DNA of 64,000 nt from Candidatus Thorarchaeota archaeon (lineage in GTDB: Archaea > Asgardarchaeota > Thorarchaeia > Thorarchaeales > Thorarchaeaceae). Under the pieces are notes generated by a model. The model ran no database searches and had not been told where the DNA came from. It was given only the letters and a program-made list of their open reading frames with translations. This document shows positions 60,291-64,000 of the stretch, piece by piece. Within the stretch, counting starts at the first letter, position 1. Every line of letters begins with the position of its first letter. The stretch is from assembly GCA_011364985.1 (NCBI GenBank), contig RDOC01000005.1:32001-96000 (forward strand). The letters run 5' to 3'. Position numbers and translations under genes: made by a program.

Positions 60291-60887
60291 ATGGAAGGAC
60301 CCCCAGACAAGATGTTTGAAACACATGCATATGTTCTGGCAGTCATTCCACCAAAGGCGTATCTGCGTGACTCCAGACCGCGGGGAGAAACTACTGCACA
60401 GTGTGTAGGAGAATCATACTTCACACTATTAGAAGTGGTTCCACAACATGGAGCAACACTTCATCCTCAGGAACGACTCTCAATTGAGAAAAATGCTAAA
60501 AGCAAGATTGACCATGTGAAACGTCGCATTTTCTACGAGGATTTGGCACCAGAAAGCGCGGCAGAACTTCCTTTCGTCATTGAGATAATTGTTACGAAGC
60601 ATGAACGGAAATTTGTACAATTCTTCAATGAAGCACCTCCTATAACAACTCGTCAGCACTCACTACAATTACTTCCGGGGATTGGTCAGACCTTGATGTG
60701 GGCAATTCTCGAAGAGAGAAAGAGAGAACCCTTCAAGAGCTTTGAAGACATTGCATCTAGAACCAAGCTTCAGAATCCCAAAAAGGTCATTTCAGCCAGA
60801 ATCATGGACGAGCTCAGAGAAGAAGTGAAGCGATGGTTGTTCGTGAGACCGCCTCGACGGGACGAGGAGAGAGAACGGCCTAGGTGA
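60291..60887 (+). CDS. DUF655 family RNA-binding protein
   Basis: GESYFTLLE, FFNEA.PITTRQHSLQLLPGIG. Confidence 0.92.
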   Translation: MEGPPDKMFETHAYVLAVIPPKAYLRDSRPRGETTAQCVGESYFTLLEVVPQHGATLHPQERLSIEKNAKSKIDHVKRRIFYEDLAPESAAELPFVIEIIVTKHERKFVQFFNEAPPITTRQHSLQLLPGIGQTLMWAILEERKREPFKSFEDIASRTKLQNPKKVISARIMDELREEVKRWLFVRPPRRDEERERPR

Positions 60888-60893
60888 TCTGAG

Positions 60894-61772
60894 CTGTCAG
60901 AAGAAGACATCAAGCTTCTACTCAGAAAATACTCAGTCAGACCAACAAGGAAGCTCGGACAAAGTTTCCTTATTGATAAACAAGTAGCAGGTGAAATCAT
61001 TGAATTTGCATACATCACAAAGGAAGATACCGTTCTGGAGATTGGCGGTGGATTTGGCTGCCTAACTGAGCTGCTTGCAAAGCAGGCAAAGCAAGTCTAT
61101 GTCTTCGAAATAGAGAAAGGACTTGTAAGAGCACTAAATGACCTTCTTGATGAGAAAGACAATGTAACGATTATTGACGGAGATGCATTGGCCTCAGAAT
61201 TGCCTTCAGCCAACAAGGTCGTTTCGAATTTACCCTACAAGATATCATCGCCTATCACCTTTAGACTACTTAGGGAGTTACGAATGGACCTTGCTGTTTT
61301 GATGTATCAGAAGGAACTAGTTGATCGTATGATGGCATCTCCAGGCTCGCCTGAATACTCTAGGTTCTCCATTGGGATACAATACTTGGCAGAAGTGGAG
61401 CCTGTCCTTGAGGTTCCCTCCACCAAGTTTTACCCGGTGCCGGCAGTAGATTCCACGGTCATTAGAATGCGTGTTCGCAAGAACGGGCCCTTTGCCGAGG
61501 ATCCTGATGTGTTCTTTTGGATGATTCATGGTATCTACTCATACCCCAATAAGCTGCTCCATAGAGCCCTGCGGATCTGGTGTCGCAACTTGGGTAAAGA
61601 GAAGGAAATGGTGAGTTCTATAATTTCCAAGACTGATGGAGTAGTTACAGGCAAGGAGCGTCTTCGTACACTATCGCAGAAGGAATTGATTTCTTTGGCA
61701 GATGCTATTTTGGAGTTGACTCAAGAGGGGGTTCTTCACTTTCCGGATGGTACAGAGAATGCAGCACGATGA
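60894..61772 (+). CDS. rsmA: 16S rRNA dimethyladenosine transferase RsmA/KsgA/Dim1
   Basis: LGQSFL, VLEIGGG, SNLPYKIS, YQKE, PAVDS. The frame extends upstream of the track start (61188) to CTG 60894. Confidence 0.93.
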   Translation: MSEEDIKLLLRKYSVRPTRKLGQSFLIDKQVAGEIIEFAYITKEDTVLEIGGGFGCLTELLAKQAKQVYVFEIEKGLVRALNDLLDEKDNVTIIDGDALASELPSANKVVSNLPYKISSPITFRLLRELRMDLAVLMYQKELVDRMMASPGSPEYSRFSIGIQYLAEVEPVLEVPSTKFYPVPAVDSTVIRMRVRKNGPFAEDPDVFFWMIHGIYSYPNKLLHRALRIWCRNLGKEKEMVSSIISKTDGVVTGKERLRTLSQKELISLADAILELTQEGVLHFPDGTENAAR

Positions 61773-62352
61773 AATCGAATTGCATTTTTGTCCTGATGTA
61801 TATCCGCCCGCGGAAGACACCTACCTTCTTTTAGAAGCAATCGACATTACCAGTGAAGACGTGTTTCTTGAAGTAGGAAGCGGTTCGGGGCTCATCTCGG
61901 TGATTGCGGCACGGCACGCAAAGCTTGTGGTCGCATCAGACATCTCACTCTATGCCATTCGAAACACCAAACAGAATCTTGAGCTGAATAAGGTACGACA
62001 CAAGAGCGACGTCATTCAAATGGACCTTCTTGCAGGCCTGTCATCGAAACCTCGCTTCTCAGTTATTGCATTCAATCCTCCTTACCTTCCAAGTGATAAT
62101 CATATTACGGAGATGGATCATGCTCTAGTTGGAGGACCATTGGGTATCGAGGTCACAGAACGTTTTCTTGAACAAGCAGTGTTTCTTCTCAAACCTAATG
62201 GGAGGCTATATGTTGTAGTGTCCTCACAATCAGACATTGGCAGAATACGGAAGGCCATGCGGAAGTGCGGCTTCAGGGTTAGAACTGCAGCTTCGACACG
62301 AATCTTCTTTGAAGTACTCGAAGTACTGGAAGGAATATCCGTCGAAGGTTAG
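61759..62352 (+). CDS. HemK2/Mtq2-like methyltransferase
   Basis: VYPPAEDTYLL, LEVGSGSG, FNPPYLP. Confidence 0.92.
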   Translation: MQHDEIELHFCPDVYPPAEDTYLLLEAIDITSEDVFLEVGSGSGLISVIAARHAKLVVASDISLYAIRNTKQNLELNKVRHKSDVIQMDLLAGLSSKPRFSVIAFNPPYLPSDNHITEMDHALVGGPLGIEVTERFLEQAVFLLKPNGRLYVVVSSQSDIGRIRKAMRKCGFRVRTAASTRIFFEVLEVLEGISVEG

Positions 62353-62425
62353 ACGGAAACCGTTTTATGATAGCCACGCTCACAGCCGCAGAGACCTGAG
62401 AGCTGATTGCTGGAGGATTAAAGAG

Positions 62426-63241
62426 ATGTCCGACAAGAAGGACGAGAAGAAGACTACAAAGAAATCAAAGAAGACCACAGAGAAACCTGCCAAGGCTACG
62501 ATCAAGAAAAAGACAGTAGCAAAGAAAGCAGAAGATGTGGTGAAGGAAGGTAGTCTAATCTACGTTGATTACATTGGCAGAACAAAAGGAGATGGGAAGG
62601 TCTTCGATCTCACCATTGAAGAGGTGGCCAAGAAGGAGGGCTTATTCAGAGAGGATGATAGATATGAACCAATCCTGGTTTCTGTTGGTTCGAACTGGTT
62701 ACTGGAAGCAATTGAAGAAGAACTCGTTGGAATGAAGATCGACCAGACAAAGACTATCGAGATACCTCCAGAACGTGGAGCGGGAAAGAGAGACCCATCA
62801 CTCATCAAGATGATCGCAAAAGCCAAGCTTGAGAAGCAAGGGGTAAGGATTGCTATTGGCGAGAAGATAACCTTTGGACGGGAACAGGGAGTAATCACTC
62901 AGATTCTTGGACGCACAGCTAGGGTTGACTTCAATCCCCCGATGGCAGGAAAGACCTTGACTTTCGATGTAACTGTCAAAGGGATTGTGAGCGAACCTGA
63001 TGAGAAGGTGTTTGCGGTACTTAAGAGAAGAATACCTGCGATTCCGAGAGACAAATACAGTGTGTCCGTCAAATCCAAATCTGTGACCATTGATATGCCA
63101 ATGGAATCAAGATACATCGAGGGAATTCAGTATGCAGAGATCGGTGTAGCGATGGATACATTGAAAGTGATTCCAGAAGCAAAAAAGGTTGACATAGTCA
63201 TTACATACGAGAGGCCAAAGAAGCCTGAAACGGAAGTATAG
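62426..63241 (+). CDS. Long-type FKBP peptidyl-prolyl isomerase
   Basis: VDYIGR..GKVFD, EIPPE..G.RD, VDFNPPMAGKTL. Confidence 0.92.
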   Translation: MSDKKDEKKTTKKSKKTTEKPAKATIKKKTVAKKAEDVVKEGSLIYVDYIGRTKGDGKVFDLTIEEVAKKEGLFREDDRYEPILVSVGSNWLLEAIEEELVGMKIDQTKTIEIPPERGAGKRDPSLIKMIAKAKLEKQGVRIAIGEKITFGREQGVITQILGRTARVDFNPPMAGKTLTFDVTVKGIVSEPDEKVFAVLKRRIPAIPRDKYSVSVKSKSVTIDMPMESRYIEGIQYAEIGVAMDTLKVIPEAKKVDIVITYERPKKPETEV

Positions 63242-63352
63242 TGACTTAGTGGCAGAATACACCACAAAGAAAGGTTTTAATAGAAACCCCTGGGAGGTCT
63301 TTCTGTCACTAGTTCTTCTTCCTACAATTCACTGATAGGGAGTTTTCAAGAT

Positions 63353-63991
63353 ATGGAACATGGAATGCAGCCACCGGCTGAACTGAAGACGGGAACCACC
63401 ACCGTAGCATTGACTGCAAAAGACTCTGTTGTTCTAGCGAGCGACCAGAGGGCTACGATGGGACTATTGATCGCCAACAAGAAGGCAAAGAAGATCTATA
63501 AGATCACAGATCGCATTGGGGCGACAATTGCCGGATCCGTAGCCGATGCCCAAGCAATAATGGACTTGCTGAAGGCAGAAGCGAAACTCTTTGAAATTCA
63601 GCGCGGTCGACCCATGAGCGTAAAGGCTCTGACACGGCTTCTTAGCAATATCATGTTCCAAGGAAGAGGACTCTACATGCTTGGGTGTCTCGTAGGTGGG
63701 TACGACGAAGATGGTCCCCAGGTATTCTATACTGACTACATAGGTTCCGTTCTCTCTGACAAATACACATCCTCCGGATCAGGGTCACCAGTAGCCCTTG
63801 GTGTATTGGAAGCAGAGTATCAGGAAGACCTGCCAAAAGCAAAGGCCATCGAGTTGGCAATACGTGCAGTTGCAGCCGCAATGGAGCGTGATGCCGCTTC
63901 AGGTAACTCTATTCTTGTCAGTGTAATTGACAAAGATGGTTATACAGAATTGCCCAAGGATAAAATCCTGAAGATCTGGAAGAAACAGTGA
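63353..63991 (+). CDS. psmB: Proteasome beta subunit
   Basis: KTG|TTTV propeptide cleavage site, ASDQRAT, GSVADAQ, GSGS, RDAASG. Confidence 0.96.
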   Translation: MEHGMQPPAELKTGTTTVALTAKDSVVLASDQRATMGLLIANKKAKKIYKITDRIGATIAGSVADAQAIMDLLKAEAKLFEIQRGRPMSVKALTRLLSNIMFQGRGLYMLGCLVGGYDEDGPQVFYTDYIGSVLSDKYTSSGSGSPVALGVLEAEYQEDLPKAKAIELAIRAVAAAMERDAASGNSILVSVIDKDGYTELPKDKILKIWKKQ

Positions 63992-64000
63992 TTGAGTCTG

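Noticed and set aside
62237-62425. N-terminal extension of the FKBP ORF
   Set aside because: Overlaps hemK. A GGAGG SD supports the ATG at 62426.
1-64000. CRISPR arrays, rRNA, transposases/integrases, Sec/Pyl readthrough genes
   Set aside because: I saw no regularly spaced repeats, rRNA-like tracts or mobile-element motifs, and no otherwise intact gene interrupted by an in-frame TGA/TAG. This was inspection by eye only.

Overview
Gene-dense archaeal chromosomal segment, most consistent with an Asgard archaeon, probably Thorarchaeia. This is inferred from two tandem Asgard-type profilins, rpl38e, rpl40e, the pus10-rpl21e-rpo4-DUF655-rsmA-hemK synteny and frequent TTG/GTG starts. The right third (about 41.6-64 kb) is mostly housekeeping: Nop2, Nip7, PAC2, SucCD, ribosomal proteins, tRNA-Val, beta-CASP, Alba, TruD, Pth2, GGR, Pus10, RsmA, FKBP and proteasome beta. 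The left two-thirds is more accessory: a Cys-rich NosL-like/DUF4418/FtsX-ABC cluster, an ABC-2 exporter with regulators, a MoxR-DUF58 operon built around a giant Ig-repeat protein with a degenerate transglutaminase triad, and an acyl-CoA ligase/FabH-like/MaoC cluster. Main observations not covered by the ORF track: (1) a four-microprotein operon (53, 35, 30 and 36 aa) at 19616-20089, with a leaderless first ORF, GAGGT-coupled downstream ORFs and a divergent HTH regulator; (2) tRNA-Val(CAC) with a 30-nt BHB intron at the non-canonical T-loop position 59/60; (3) rpl40e; (4) an apparent CTG start for rsmA; (5) two pseudogene remnants. A Hel308-like helicase with degenerate ATPase motifs and a SWIM finger is also present. 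I saw no CRISPR array, rRNA or mobile element. All family assignments come from motif recognition by eye; no database searches were run.
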